A DNA stretch of 64,000 nucleotides from Gammaproteobacteria bacterium (GTDB taxonomy: Bacteria; Pseudomonadota; Gammaproteobacteria; UBA4575), in NCBI GenBank assembly GCA_045106935.1, contig JBGCFN010000014.1, positions 562 to 64,561 of the forward strand, given 5' to 3'. This document shows, one piece after another, positions 19,554 to 31,604 of the stretch. Positions within the stretch are counted from its first letter, which is position 1, and each line of letters begins with the position of its first letter. A program made the translations under genes and the position numbers. A model generated the notes under the pieces. That model was not told where the DNA came from and searched no databases. It saw only the letters and a program-made list of their open reading frames with translations.

Positions 19554-20150
19554 GTGGAAGAATTCTCAATAAGAGATGCTCAGCTGTCTGATTGTGCAAC
19601 CATTGCGCGGCTTGTAAATGAATCCTCTGGAGGAGCGGCTGACTATTTGTTTGATCAGTCTAATGTGGGTGGTATCACGGTAGTAGAGAAGGTCAGTCAG
19701 CTATTAGCAAGTGAGGTTCATTATTCCTATGCGAATACCAAAATTGTTCAGATAAAAGATAAAGTGGCTGGAATGGCGTTGAGCTTTCCAGCAAGCGGGC
19801 TATTGCTGAATGAACAAATGAAACAATTTTATTCTGAACAGCAGTTTCAGTATGTTCAATATTTTGTAGAAAACAAATTAAAGGATAGTTGGCATTTAGA
19901 TGCTATATGTGTGGAAAATAGCTATCGCAGCCATGGAATGGGCACGCAATTGTTAGGGATGGTTAAGCAGCAAGCTAGTTATTATAAGTTTCCACGCTTA
20001 GAAGTGTTTGTGTTTGCAAGCAACTCAAGCGCAATTCGATTTTATCAACGAAATGATTTTGTGTTGCATAAGGAAATTGCTGTTACTCAGCATGAGTTTT
20101 TAGGCGACAAAGGCCCATTGTTGCTAATGAGCTGCGATTTGTCTGATTGA
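19554..20150 (+). CDS. GNAT family N-acetyltransferase
   Basis: Acetyl-CoA binding motif ...RSHGMGTQLLG... (R/Q-x-x-G-x-G/A). Length 198 aa. Confidence 0.7.
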   Translation: MEEFSIRDAQLSDCATIARLVNESSGGAADYLFDQSNVGGITVVEKVSQLLASEVHYSYANTKIVQIKDKVAGMALSFPASGLLLNEQMKQFYSEQQFQYVQYFVENKLKDSWHLDAICVENSYRSHGMGTQLLGMVKQQASYYKFPRLEVFVFASNSSAIRFYQRNDFVLHKEIAVTQHEFLGDKGPLLLMSCDLSD

Positions 20151-20152
20151 GA

Positions 20153-22628
<2,476 letters not shown>

Positions 22629-22643
22629 GAAGATTTAATAATA

Positions 22644-22835
22644 TTAGCTTTGACGAATAAGGGTTAAGAGTACCACGCCTACTAGCATGCTCACCAACCC
22701 AAATATGCGTAAAGTCCGATCTGGCATGGTGGCAATGTTCTCCCACAGCCTGCGGACTGCCCTTGGACTAGCAAAAGGAAGGATTCCCTCAAGTACCAGG
22801 ACAAGTGCGCAAGCGGCTAGCAGATCGTTAGCCAT
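22644..22835 (-). CDS. DUF2065 (YjeT-like) small membrane protein
   Basis: 63 aa with two hydrophobic segments. It sits between hflC and hisZ, like E. coli yjeT. Confidence 0.7.
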   Translation of the reverse strand: MANDLLAACALVLVLEGILPFASPRAVRRLWENIATMPDRTLRIFGLVSMLVGVVLLTLIRQS

Positions 22836-22853
22836 GGTGAATATCTAAAGTGA

Positions 22854-23717
22854 CTACTTTGGTTTTGACTGATTAAAGTAACGGAAAAATTGTGAATCCG
22901 GTTCTAGCACAAGAATGTCATTCTTAGAGCTAAAGGTTTGCTTATAAGCGGTCAAACTCTTTGTTAATGTGTAAAACTCCTGGTCTTTGCCATAAGATTT
23001 AGCGTAGATATTTGCAGCCGTTGCATCACCTTCACCGCGAAGTTGCTCGGATGTCTTGTAAGCATTGGCGAGTGTAATTTGACGTTCACGGTCAGCGGCA
23101 GCACGTATTTTTTCTGATGACTCTTTGCCGCGAGCACGAAAGTCTTTTGCGACTCGATCTCGGCCTGCGCTCATACGTTGGTAGACAGAATCACTAATGT
23201 CATCCGTGTAATCGATACGACTGATGCGTAAGTCAACGATTTCAATGCCTAGCTCTTTAGAAATATTATTTGCCTTCAAGACAAGTGCATTCATGATGTC
23301 AGCACGTTCACCAGACACAGACTCTTTAATGGTGCGTTGTGCAAATTCATCACGTAACTCATCTTTGGTGATTTGGCTTAGTCGACTATTTGCGCGTTCT
23401 TCTAATCCGCCGGTTGCAACAAAGTAATCACGAACATTATCAATGCGCCACTTAACGAAGAAATCGACATACACATATTTTTTCTCGTTGGTAGGGAATA
23501 AATCTGGTTGAACATCTAGTGTTAAAATTCGTGAATCAAATTTTCTTTCGTTATTTATAAGGGGTGTTTTCCAATGCAGACCCGGCTTGATATCAGCTTC
23601 TTTAATTTCACCAAACTTAAATAGAATAGCGCGTTCAGTTTCATTAACAGTGTAGGTGCATAGGCTAAAGACAACGACCACCAATATAACCGCTGCAATT
23701 AATAATTTAGAAATCAT
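22854..23717 (-). CDS. hflC: Protease modulator HflC (SPFH/band-7)
   Basis: The ORF track starts at 23795. The Met 26 codons in (MISKLLIAAVILVV TM anchor) gives a 4-bp overlap with the hflK stop, so that is the likely real start. The band-7 domain is present. Confidence 0.88.
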   Translation of the reverse strand: MISKLLIAAVILVVVVFSLCTYTVNETERAILFKFGEIKEADIKPGLHWKTPLINNERKFDSRILTLDVQPDLFPTNEKKYVYVDFFVKWRIDNVRDYFVATGGLEERANSRLSQITKDELRDEFAQRTIKESVSGERADIMNALVLKANNISKELGIEIVDLRISRIDYTDDISDSVYQRMSAGRDRVAKDFRARGKESSEKIRAAADRERQITLANAYKTSEQLRGEGDATAANIYAKSYGKDQEFYTLTKSLTAYKQTFSSKNDILVLEPDSQFFRYFNQSKPK

Positions 23718-23718
23718 C

Positions 23719-24852
23719 TTATCGTACCTCTCTGCCGCGAATAGTGCGTCTCGGATTAGTGTTGGCAGTTGTGCTTGTGGTGCTTGGAGTGCCAAAGTTA
23801 ACGGCGCCTGAAGGCGTGCGATTATTTTGCATGAGCTGATCTAAAGGTAGATACATAAGATTGTTGCTGCCTTCTACGTCCATCATGATTTTAGTGGTAT
23901 TTGAATATACGGCCTGAGTTGCTTCTAGGTAGAGGCGCTCCCGTGTAATGTTCGGTGCTTTATTATACTCGGTGAGTAATGCTTCAAATCTTTCGGCTTC
24001 ACCTTCTGCTTTTGAAACAATCGCTTCTTTATAGGCAGTGGCTTCTTCAATAATTCGTGCGGCTTCACCACGTGACTGGGGCACAATTGTGTTTGCGTAG
24101 GCTTCTGCTTCTTCGATGTATCTTTCTAAATCCTCGCGAGATTTGATTACATCATCAAACGCATTTTGTACTTGAGCCGGGGGCTGTGTTTTTTCTAGGT
24201 TGAGTGTGGTGACTTCAATCCCCGCATCGTATCGGTCTAGAATTTCCTGCATTAGGGATTTAGTGTTTGAAGAAATAACTTCTAAGCCTTCATATAAAAC
24301 AAAGTCCACAGTGCTCTTACCAACGACTTCACGAATGGCGCTTTCCATTGCTTGTTTAACAGTGACTTCAGGAAAGCGTAAATTAAATAAATAATTTGGT
24401 GCGTCTTTAATTCTAAATTGAGCGGCAAGGATTATCTCAACGATATTTTCATCTTTAGTCAGCATCGTTGTTTGGTGCTTAGAACTACGGACTTGCTGCA
24501 TATCAACGACTTTTAGTTCTTCAATCGGGTAAGGCATATGCCAGTGTAATCCGGGGTTGGTCAGTTCTTTATATTTACCAAATTGTAGAATGACACCCGT
24601 TTCACCATCTGTGATGGTATAGATGCCTGTGCCTGCCCAGATGAGGCCTGCAACAATTAGCGCAAATATCCCTATGCCTGCACTTGCGCCTCCAGAGGGT
24701 GCGGCACCAGAACCGCCGCCTTTGCCTCCAAAAATACCACCAAACTTGCGGCTGAGGTTTTGAAAAATCTCATCTAAATCAGGTGGGCCTTGATTATTAG
24801 AATTACGATTCCAGGGGTCATCGTTTTTATTACCTGGGCTGTTCCAAGGCAT
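23719..24852 (-). CDS. hflK: Protease modulator HflK (SPFH/band-7)
   Basis: Gly-rich N-terminus, a TM segment and a band-7 domain. Length 377 aa. Confidence 0.9.
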   Translation of the reverse strand: MPWNSPGNKNDDPWNRNSNNQGPPDLDEIFQNLSRKFGGIFGGKGGGSGAAPSGGASAGIGIFALIVAGLIWAGTGIYTITDGETGVILQFGKYKELTNPGLHWHMPYPIEELKVVDMQQVRSSKHQTTMLTKDENIVEIILAAQFRIKDAPNYLFNLRFPEVTVKQAMESAIREVVGKSTVDFVLYEGLEVISSNTKSLMQEILDRYDAGIEVTTLNLEKTQPPAQVQNAFDDVIKSREDLERYIEEAEAYANTIVPQSRGEAARIIEEATAYKEAIVSKAEGEAERFEALLTEYNKAPNITRERLYLEATQAVYSNTTKIMMDVEGSNNLMYLPLDQLMQNNRTPSGAVNFGTPSTTSTTANTNPRRTIRGREVR

Positions 24853-24896
24853 GGAGTTCTCCGATATGAAAAAATTAAAAGGTTAAGGGGTGTATT

Positions 24897-26210
24897 CTAT
24901 TCACTCTGGGCCAAAAAATCAGCCTTATGTTGTGATGATTCCTTCTCAGCGTGCTTGTACAGATACGGTTCAAAGCGATCTTTTAGCGAATTGCTTAAAG
25001 AAGCTTCAATTTCCCATATCCCTTCAGGATTAAAGGATTCATTAATGACAGCATTTTGGTCATAGAGCATTGTGCGTAATTCTGTTTGGTCCAGTGGTAG
25101 ACGTAACGTGACTTGAGTGTGATTACTTTCAAAATACTGGAGTAGGGCTGAATTCAGCAAGTTCATTCCTTGATCTTTTAAGGCCGATACCCAAACCCGT
25201 TGGATTTGCTTGTTTTCTCCTATATCCACGTGTGGCATTTGCTGGGTTTGGTCTATTTTATTAAATACCAGTAATTGTGGGCATTTATCTGCACCAATGT
25301 GTTTCAACACCTGGTTTACCTGTTCGATATGATCATTGCGCAGTTCGCTGCTGGCGTCGACTACGTGTAACAATAAATCTGCTTCACATGTTTCTTGCAG
25401 TGTTGCGTGAAAAGCGTCGACTAAATCATGCGGTAGATTCTGTATGAAACCGACGGTATCTGCGAGCACAACATGTTGATTCTTACTGAGTTCTAATTTA
25501 CGTAATGTTGGGTCGAGTGTGGCAAATAATTGATCTGCTTGATAAACATTCGCTGTGGTCACTCGATTAAATAAGGTCGATTTGCCAGCATTGGTATAGC
25601 CCACTAAAGCCACGGTTGGTACCGAGTTCTTTTTGCGTGCTTGCCGACCTTGTTCACGTTGCTTACGTACCTTTTGTAAGCGTTTCTCTAGATGTTTTAC
25701 CCGCTGTGCTAATAAACGTCTATCAGTTTCTAGTTGTGTTTCCCCAGGTCCTCTTAAACCTATCCCGCCTTTTTGTCTTTCTAAGTGGGTCCATCCACGC
25801 ACTAATCGTGTGGATATGAATTTGAGTTGCGCTAGCTCTACTTGCAGTTTGCCTTCATAGGAGCGTGCACGTTGCGCAAAGATATCGAGAATCAGCCCGG
25901 TGCGATCAAGGACTCGACAGCGACATGTCTTTTCAATATTGCGTTCTTGGCTAGGGGATAATTCGTAGTTGAATAAGAGTAATTCAATTTTTTCAGATTC
26001 GACTAACGCAACGAGTTCGTCAACTTTTCCATGTCCAATTAGAAAGCGTGATTCAGCCTTGGGCCGAGAATAGGTGATCACCTCGATTTCTTGTGCACCT
26101 GCGGAATGAGCGAGTAAGCGAAATTCTTCAGTGTCTGCGGGATCTGGAGATTTACCGAATTCAGGATGGACTAATAAAGCACGTTCGCCAGACTTAGGCC
26201 GTTCAAACAT
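24897..26210 (-). CDS. hflX: GTPase HflX
   Basis: G-domain motifs GYTNAGKST and DTVGF are present. Length 437 aa. It sits downstream of hfq. Confidence 0.92.
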   Translation of the reverse strand: MFERPKSGERALLVHPEFGKSPDPADTEEFRLLAHSAGAQEIEVITYSRPKAESRFLIGHGKVDELVALVESEKIELLLFNYELSPSQERNIEKTCRCRVLDRTGLILDIFAQRARSYEGKLQVELAQLKFISTRLVRGWTHLERQKGGIGLRGPGETQLETDRRLLAQRVKHLEKRLQKVRKQREQGRQARKKNSVPTVALVGYTNAGKSTLFNRVTTANVYQADQLFATLDPTLRKLELSKNQHVVLADTVGFIQNLPHDLVDAFHATLQETCEADLLLHVVDASSELRNDHIEQVNQVLKHIGADKCPQLLVFNKIDQTQQMPHVDIGENKQIQRVWVSALKDQGMNLLNSALLQYFESNHTQVTLRLPLDQTELRTMLYDQNAVINESFNPEGIWEIEASLSNSLKDRFEPYLYKHAEKESSQHKADFLAQSE

Positions 26211-26242
26211 GCAGAGAGGTGCTCCACCGTACTAATTGATTT

Positions 26243-26476
26243 TTATTCTGCTTCGTCACCAAAAGGAATTTTTACCGATTTTGCCGGAACAATAGTTGAG
26301 ATAGCATGTTTATACACCATTTGATTAACCGTATTTTTTAACACGATAACAAATTGATCAAATGAGTCGATTTGGCCTTGCAGTTTGATGCCATTCACTA
26401 AATAGATGGAGACTGCTACTTTTTCTTTTCGTAGCGCATTTAGGAAGGGTTCTTGTAGTGTTTGCCCTTTTGACAT
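26243..26476 (-). CDS. hfq: RNA chaperone Hfq
   Basis: Sm motifs [54 protein letters not shown] are canonical. Confidence 0.97.
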   Translation of the reverse strand: MSKGQTLQEPFLNALRKEKVAVSIYLVNGIKLQGQIDSFDQFVIVLKNTVNQMVYKHAISTIVPAKSVKIPFGDEAE

Positions 26477-26581
26477 GATGTTTGCTCCTAACCTTCGTTA
26501 TTCTTCTTATTAAAAGTTGTGCTTGAGCACGGCTAAAACTGTCCCAGAATTTGTCCTAGCATCATTAGTTTAGCAGCTAGT

Positions 26582-27520
26582 TCATTGTAATTGGTAAATT
26601 ATTTGCTGGCTAATGTCCTCTGTACTGGTGTCATATGGGTCAATCAGTTTTGTGACAGGATAATGTCTTAACCACGTTAATTGACGCTTCGCTAGTTGAC
26701 GTGTGGCAGCAATCGCCTGATCACGCATTTCTTCTTGGGTGATTTCATTTTCAAGAAAACGCCATAACTGCCTGTATCCAATGCAACGCATGGAGGGCAT
26801 ATCCGCAGAAAGAGACCATTGCTTGCGAAGCGCTTTTAATTCATCAGTCACGCCTGCCTCTAACATAGCGTCGAATCGATGCTCAATGTTTTTATGTAAC
26901 TGGCTGCGGTCTTGTGGAAATAAGCCAAGGTTGTGAATGGAAATATCAGACCGAGCAGGTGTGTCAGTCGCATGATATGACGAAAGTTTGACGCCTGTGA
27001 GTTCAAAGACTTCCAGTGCACGCTGGATTCTCTGAGCATCGTTTGGATGAATTTTCGCAGCGGATTCAGGGTCCACCTGTGCAAGTTTTTGGTGCAATAC
27101 ATGCCAGCCCTGTTGGGTGCCGATGTTGTTCATTTGCGATCTGAGTTGCTCGTCTGCAGCAGGCAAATCAGTGAGGCCAAATTGTAATGCATGAAAATAC
27201 ATGATTGTTCCCCCCACCAATAAAGGAATTTTATTGCGCGAATGAACATCATCAATGAGTGCGTTTGCATCATGACAGAACTCTGCGACCGAATAATTTT
27301 CATCAGGGTTTTTGATGTCGATTAAATGATGAGGAGCAACCGCCAGTTCTTCAAGTGAAGGTTTGGCAGTACCAATATCCATGCCGCGATAAATCATGGC
27401 TGAGTCGACGCTGATAATTTCACATGCAGAGCGTTTTACCAACGAAATTGCCAAGTCAGTTTTGCCGCTAGCAGTAGGCCCCATTAAGAATAGGACTGGC
27501 GGTTTGTCGTGAGTCTTCAC
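26582..27520 (-). CDS. miaA: tRNA dimethylallyltransferase
   Basis: GPTASGKT P-loop. Length 312 aa. Conserved position between mutL and hfq. Confidence 0.93.
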   Translation of the reverse strand: MKTHDKPPVLFLMGPTASGKTDLAISLVKRSACEIISVDSAMIYRGMDIGTAKPSLEELAVAPHHLIDIKNPDENYSVAEFCHDANALIDDVHSRNKIPLLVGGTIMYFHALQFGLTDLPAADEQLRSQMNNIGTQQGWHVLHQKLAQVDPESAAKIHPNDAQRIQRALEVFELTGVKLSSYHATDTPARSDISIHNLGLFPQDRSQLHKNIEHRFDAMLEAGVTDELKALRKQWSLSADMPSMRCIGYRQLWRFLENEITQEEMRDQAIAATRQLAKRQLTWLRHYPVTKLIDPYDTSTEDISQQIIYQLQ

Positions 27521-27524
27521 AAAA

Positions 27525-29327
27525 TTAGCGACCGCGTAGGAATAATTTATCGAGGTCTGAAATACTCAATTGAATCCAAGTGGGGCGGCCATGGTTGCAT
27601 TGATTGCTGCGTTCTGTGTCTTCCATTGATCTTAATAACGCATTCATCTCATGAATAGTCATACTGCGATTAGCGCGAATCGAGCCGTGACATGCAATGC
27701 TGGATAGCATTTCATTGCGTTGCTGTTCGATTAGCGTGCTGGTGGAATTTTTTTGAATGTCTGCAATCACATCACGAATGAGTTCAGGTATATCTGCCGT
27801 GGATAATATATTTGGAATCGTGCGAATAACGATAGTGGTGTCACCCAAGCGATTAATGTCGAAGCCAAACGAGTCAAACAATGTGTGTTGATTGTCAATT
27901 AAGTTGGCTTCAGATTCGGTGACCGCTATTTGTAAAGGGACAAGTAATTGTTGGCGAGCTAAGTCATCATTTGAATGGGCGCTTTTTAGTTGCTCATACA
28001 CAACACGTTCATGTGCCGCGTGCATGTCAACTAACACTAATCCATCTTTGTTTTGAGAAAGTATATAAATACCATGCAATTGAGCAACCGCATAACCGAG
28101 TAAGGGAATATCGCTTTGCTCCGAATGTGGATCGGTTCTAAGCGCTGACGCAGATTGGTAGTTGATTTCTGGTTCGGCAATAGCAGAAGAATAAAGCGCT
28201 TCGAATTGCCTGCGTGCACCCGACGAAGCGGTATGTGTTGGGATATAAGATTGAACTGTGAGATTCTCTGGGGTGGTATTGGCAGATAACTTGTTTAAAT
28301 CTTTAGTATCTATGGAAGATGGACGAATCTCGCTGACGGCTTGTTTAATTGTTTGGCGTACAAAATTATGAATGGCGCGAGTATCATGAAAGCGCACCTC
28401 ATGCTTGGCGGGATGAGCGTTGACGTCTACGCTACTCGGATCTACCTCTAAAAATAAAACATAAGCTGGATGGCGCCCATGGTAAAGCACGTCTTGAAAA
28501 GCGAGTTTGACTGCGTGACTGACAGTTTTGTCACGAATGTGTCTGTCATTTACGTATTGGTACTGTAAGTCGGCTTGGCCTCGGGAGAAAGTCGGAGCAG
28601 CTACCCAGCCATATAACTTCATATCATCGATAGCTCGTTCGACATAAATGGCATGTTCAATAAAGCCCTTGCCGATCAGTTTTTCCAAGCGTGACACTTT
28701 GTCATCAATGTTCTGAGCTGCCGGTAACGAATAAATAGTCTTTTGATTGTGGCGTAAAGTGATTGAGATATGGAAATTGGATAGCGCTAATCGTCTGACG
28801 ACTAATTCGCTATGCGAGTATTCAGTTTTTTCTGTGCGTAAAAATTTTCGACGTGCAGGGGTATTATAAAAAATATCATTGATTTCAACGCTGGTGCCTT
28901 TGGTGTGGGCAGCGGGTTTTACTTCTAGATCTGACTTCCCTCCCTCACAGTGAAGTACCCATCCCTGGTTGGACGACTCAGTATTAGAAGTGATTGTCAG
29001 CCGAGAGATGGAGGCAATACTGGGTAATGCTTCGCCGCGAAAGCCCAGGCTGTGAATACTTTGCAAATCATCCATGCTTTGAATCTTGGAAGTTGCATGG
29101 CGAGTGAGTGCTGTCGCTAATTGGTTTTTCTCAATGCCTGTACCATTATCTCGAATCAGAATTCGCTGGATGCCACCTTTTTCAAGATCAATAGTGATGT
29201 TGCTTGCGGTGGCGTCAATGCTGTTTTCGACCAATTCTTTGATGACCGACGCGGGGCGCTCAATGACTTCGCCAGCGGCAATTTGATTAATTAGATTATC
29301 AGGTAGTTTTTGGATGGTTCTGGGCAT
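27525..29327 (-). CDS. mutL: DNA mismatch repair protein MutL
   Basis: GHKL ATPase N-terminus (IQKLPDNLINQIAAGEVIERPASVIKELVENSIDA) plus a C-terminal dimerisation domain. Length 600 aa. Confidence 0.95.
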   Translation of the reverse strand: MPRTIQKLPDNLINQIAAGEVIERPASVIKELVENSIDATASNITIDLEKGGIQRILIRDNGTGIEKNQLATALTRHATSKIQSMDDLQSIHSLGFRGEALPSIASISRLTITSNTESSNQGWVLHCEGGKSDLEVKPAAHTKGTSVEINDIFYNTPARRKFLRTEKTEYSHSELVVRRLALSNFHISITLRHNQKTIYSLPAAQNIDDKVSRLEKLIGKGFIEHAIYVERAIDDMKLYGWVAAPTFSRGQADLQYQYVNDRHIRDKTVSHAVKLAFQDVLYHGRHPAYVLFLEVDPSSVDVNAHPAKHEVRFHDTRAIHNFVRQTIKQAVSEIRPSSIDTKDLNKLSANTTPENLTVQSYIPTHTASSGARRQFEALYSSAIAEPEINYQSASALRTDPHSEQSDIPLLGYAVAQLHGIYILSQNKDGLVLVDMHAAHERVVYEQLKSAHSNDDLARQQLLVPLQIAVTESEANLIDNQHTLFDSFGFDINRLGDTTIVIRTIPNILSTADIPELIRDVIADIQKNSTSTLIEQQRNEMLSSIACHGSIRANRSMTIHEMNALLRSMEDTERSNQCNHGRPTWIQLSISDLDKLFLRGR

Positions 29328-29332
29328 AATGA

Positions 29333-29680
29333 TTAACTAATCAAGATTGGCGATTCGTCAGTGAGCTCAAACATTTGCTGGATACCTTGCAATGCATAGT
29401 CACAAAATTTTTGTTCATGTCGCCACTGTTTGTCTTGGCTAATGACATGTTCATCTTGCTCGGATAATACTCGAATACGGTAAGTGGTTTCGTTATTTAA
29501 CGTGGTATTTTCACACGTGATGTATACTTCTGGTTTTAAGGCGCCTTCGCGTAGCACTGCGGCGGCATATAAATATGATGTTGCGTCGCTAGTGTTGATA
29601 TCGGTTAGCAAAGTGACAGCGAACTCGCCAAACTGGTAACGTCTTTTTGGAATTGCTGATTGAATTGTTGGAAAAGCCAT
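29333..29680 (-). CDS. Hypothetical protein (115 aa)
   Basis: Clean ORF tightly packed upstream of mutL (5-nt gap). No motif recognised. Confidence 0.5.
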   Translation of the reverse strand: MAFPTIQSAIPKRRYQFGEFAVTLLTDINTSDATSYLYAAAVLREGALKPEVYITCENTTLNNETTYRIRVLSEQDEHVISQDKQWRHEQKFCDYALQGIQQMFELTDESPILIS

Positions 29681-29702
29681 TTGATGAATTGTTATATATC
29701 TA

Positions 29703-30548
29703 ATGAATAAAACTGTTATCCGCCTATATCCCGGCGCAGGAGAATCTGTGCCATTGAAAGGATTGTATCTTAGCCAAGAAAAATCTGCCTGGGAAAATGC
29801 TAAGACACTTGGTTATTCGCCCTATATTTATGCCAATTTTTTAACCAGCTTAGATGGTCGTATCGCCTTAGGCGAGATGACGGGTGAGCAATATCATCTG
29901 CCAGATCAGTTGAAATCTGATGAAGATTTCATGTTGTTTCTTGAGTTGTATGCACAGGCTGATTGTATAATTACTCATGGTGGTTACATGCGTGCGTTAG
30001 ATGATGACCGTTTGGGTAATGTGTTGCAGCTGCCAGAGTCTAGTGACACGCAATACATTCACGACTGGCGTCAGCAACAAGGAATGAAAAAGAATCCTGA
30101 TGTAGTCATTGTTAGTGGCAGTTTGGATTTTCCTTGGCATTCGTCGTTAAATGAGTCTGAGCAGCAAGTGCATATCGCCACAGGTGGTAAGGCAAATCAA
30201 GAAAACAAACAACGCTGGATAAATGCTGGACATCAAGTAAACCAAATGGGTGAGCAATCACATGTTGATGTAAAGAATTTAATCGAGTTCTTGAAGGAAA
30301 AGAACTATAGATCAGTGTATTTAGTTGCAGGGCCAGAATTATTACAAGACTTGATTGAATATAATTATGTTCATAGTTTTTATATGACAATGAGCCATCA
30401 GTTGTTAGGAGGAAAGGATTTTAAGAGTCTGCTTTCGGGTGATGTGTTAAATGATTCGGGTCGAATGAAGATTGAAAATATGTATATGGATATGGAAAGC
30501 TCTAATTCGCTAGGACAATGGTACGCAGAGTTTTCTTTCGTAAAATAA
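29703..30548 (+). CDS. RibD C-terminal-domain / dihydrofolate-reductase-like family protein
   Basis: ...YIYANFLTSLDGRIAL... and ...VYLVAGPELLQDLIEYNYVHSFYMTMSHQLLGG... resemble the pyrimidine-reductase/DHFR-like fold family. Length 281 aa. Confidence 0.55.
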   Translation: MNKTVIRLYPGAGESVPLKGLYLSQEKSAWENAKTLGYSPYIYANFLTSLDGRIALGEMTGEQYHLPDQLKSDEDFMLFLELYAQADCIITHGGYMRALDDDRLGNVLQLPESSDTQYIHDWRQQQGMKKNPDVVIVSGSLDFPWHSSLNESEQQVHIATGGKANQENKQRWINAGHQVNQMGEQSHVDVKNLIEFLKEKNYRSVYLVAGPELLQDLIEYNYVHSFYMTMSHQLLGGKDFKSLLSGDVLNDSGRMKIENMYMDMESSNSLGQWYAEFSFVK

Positions 30549-30572
30549 ATAATATTAACTAAGAGAATACTA

Positions 30573-31580
30573 ATGATGGAGTTTGTTTCTGATTACGGAT
30601 TGTTTTTGGCAAAGGCAGCCACAATTCTTATTTTTATCTGGTTGCTGTTGTCGTTAATTGTTTCATTGACGCATAAGCCTCAGGATCAAGATCAAATAGA
30701 AATAAAAAAATTAAATGATAAATATGACAATATAAAACTGTTAATGCAAAAGTCTATGCTTTCCAAAAAGCAGGCAAAAGAATTGATTAAAAAGAATAAG
30801 AAGCTGATAAAAAAGAATAAGAACGAAGATAAAGGTCAGCGGGTATTTGTGTTGAATTTTGTGGGGAATATTAAGGCGAGTGCAGTTAAGCATCTGCGTC
30901 AAGAAATCACGGCTTTGTTAGCAGTGGCAACGCCAGAGGATGAAGTGGTTGTATGTTTAGAGAACGCAGGTGGAATGGTGCATGAGCATGGGTTTGCATC
31001 TTCACAGTTAGAGCGTATTAAGCAACGCAAAATACCTTTAACCGTCACCGTCGACAAAGTAGCTGCCAGTGGCGGTTATATGATGGCCTGTGTAGCTGAT
31101 CGTATTGTGGCGGCGCCTTTTTCGATTATTGGTTCCATTGGTGTGATTGCGCAGCTACCTAATTTTAATCGGTTGCTAGATAAGCATGGAATCGATTACG
31201 AGCAGGTAAAAGCAGGAGACCTTAAGCGTACGCTGACTATGTTTGGTAAAAATACTGATGAGGATCGCGAAAGATTTACCGAGCAAATGGAAGAGACTCA
31301 TGCTTTATTCAAACAGTTTGTTGCAGAAAATCGTGAGCAGATTGACATTCAAGAAATCGCGACCGGAGAACATTGGCTAGGGACAAGAGCATTAGAGTTG
31401 AAGCTTGTAGATGAGTTGATTACGAGTGATGATTATCTTCTGCGTAAGAGTGAAACGGCTGATGTGTATGAAATTAAACACAGTGCGCCAAAATCTATTA
31501 GCGAAAAAGTGATGGGAAATGCGCAATTAGCATTTGAGAAAGTAATGACAGTTTTATGGGAGCGTAAACTATTTTCTTGA
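30573..31580 (+). CDS. sohB: Periplasmic protease SohB (peptidase S49)
   Basis: N-terminal TM anchor, then the S49 motif ...DKVAASGGYMMACVADRIVAAPFSIIGSIGV... Length 335 aa. Confidence 0.85.
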   Translation: MMEFVSDYGLFLAKAATILIFIWLLLSLIVSLTHKPQDQDQIEIKKLNDKYDNIKLLMQKSMLSKKQAKELIKKNKKLIKKNKNEDKGQRVFVLNFVGNIKASAVKHLRQEITALLAVATPEDEVVVCLENAGGMVHEHGFASSQLERIKQRKIPLTVTVDKVAASGGYMMACVADRIVAAPFSIIGSIGVIAQLPNFNRLLDKHGIDYEQVKAGDLKRTLTMFGKNTDEDRERFTEQMEETHALFKQFVAENREQIDIQEIATGEHWLGTRALELKLVDELITSDDYLLRKSETADVYEIKHSAPKSISEKVMGNAQLAFEKVMTVLWERKLFS

Positions 31581-31604
31581 ATCTTAAGAAATAAGCGTTG
31601 CTGG

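Noticed and set aside
23718-23795. The 26 extra N-terminal codons of the hflC ORF-track model, which overlap hflK by 77 nt
   Set aside because: The internal Met (MISKLL...) starts the TM anchor and gives the typical 4-bp hflK/hflC overlap. The track model also over-extends tsaE (33655-33762) and cmoB (49025-49078).
30790-30835. Short direct DNA repeat (aaaaagaataagaa twice) inside sohB
   Set aside because: It simply encodes a Lys-rich KKNKKLIKKNKN linker. It is not a CRISPR or a mobile-element repeat.
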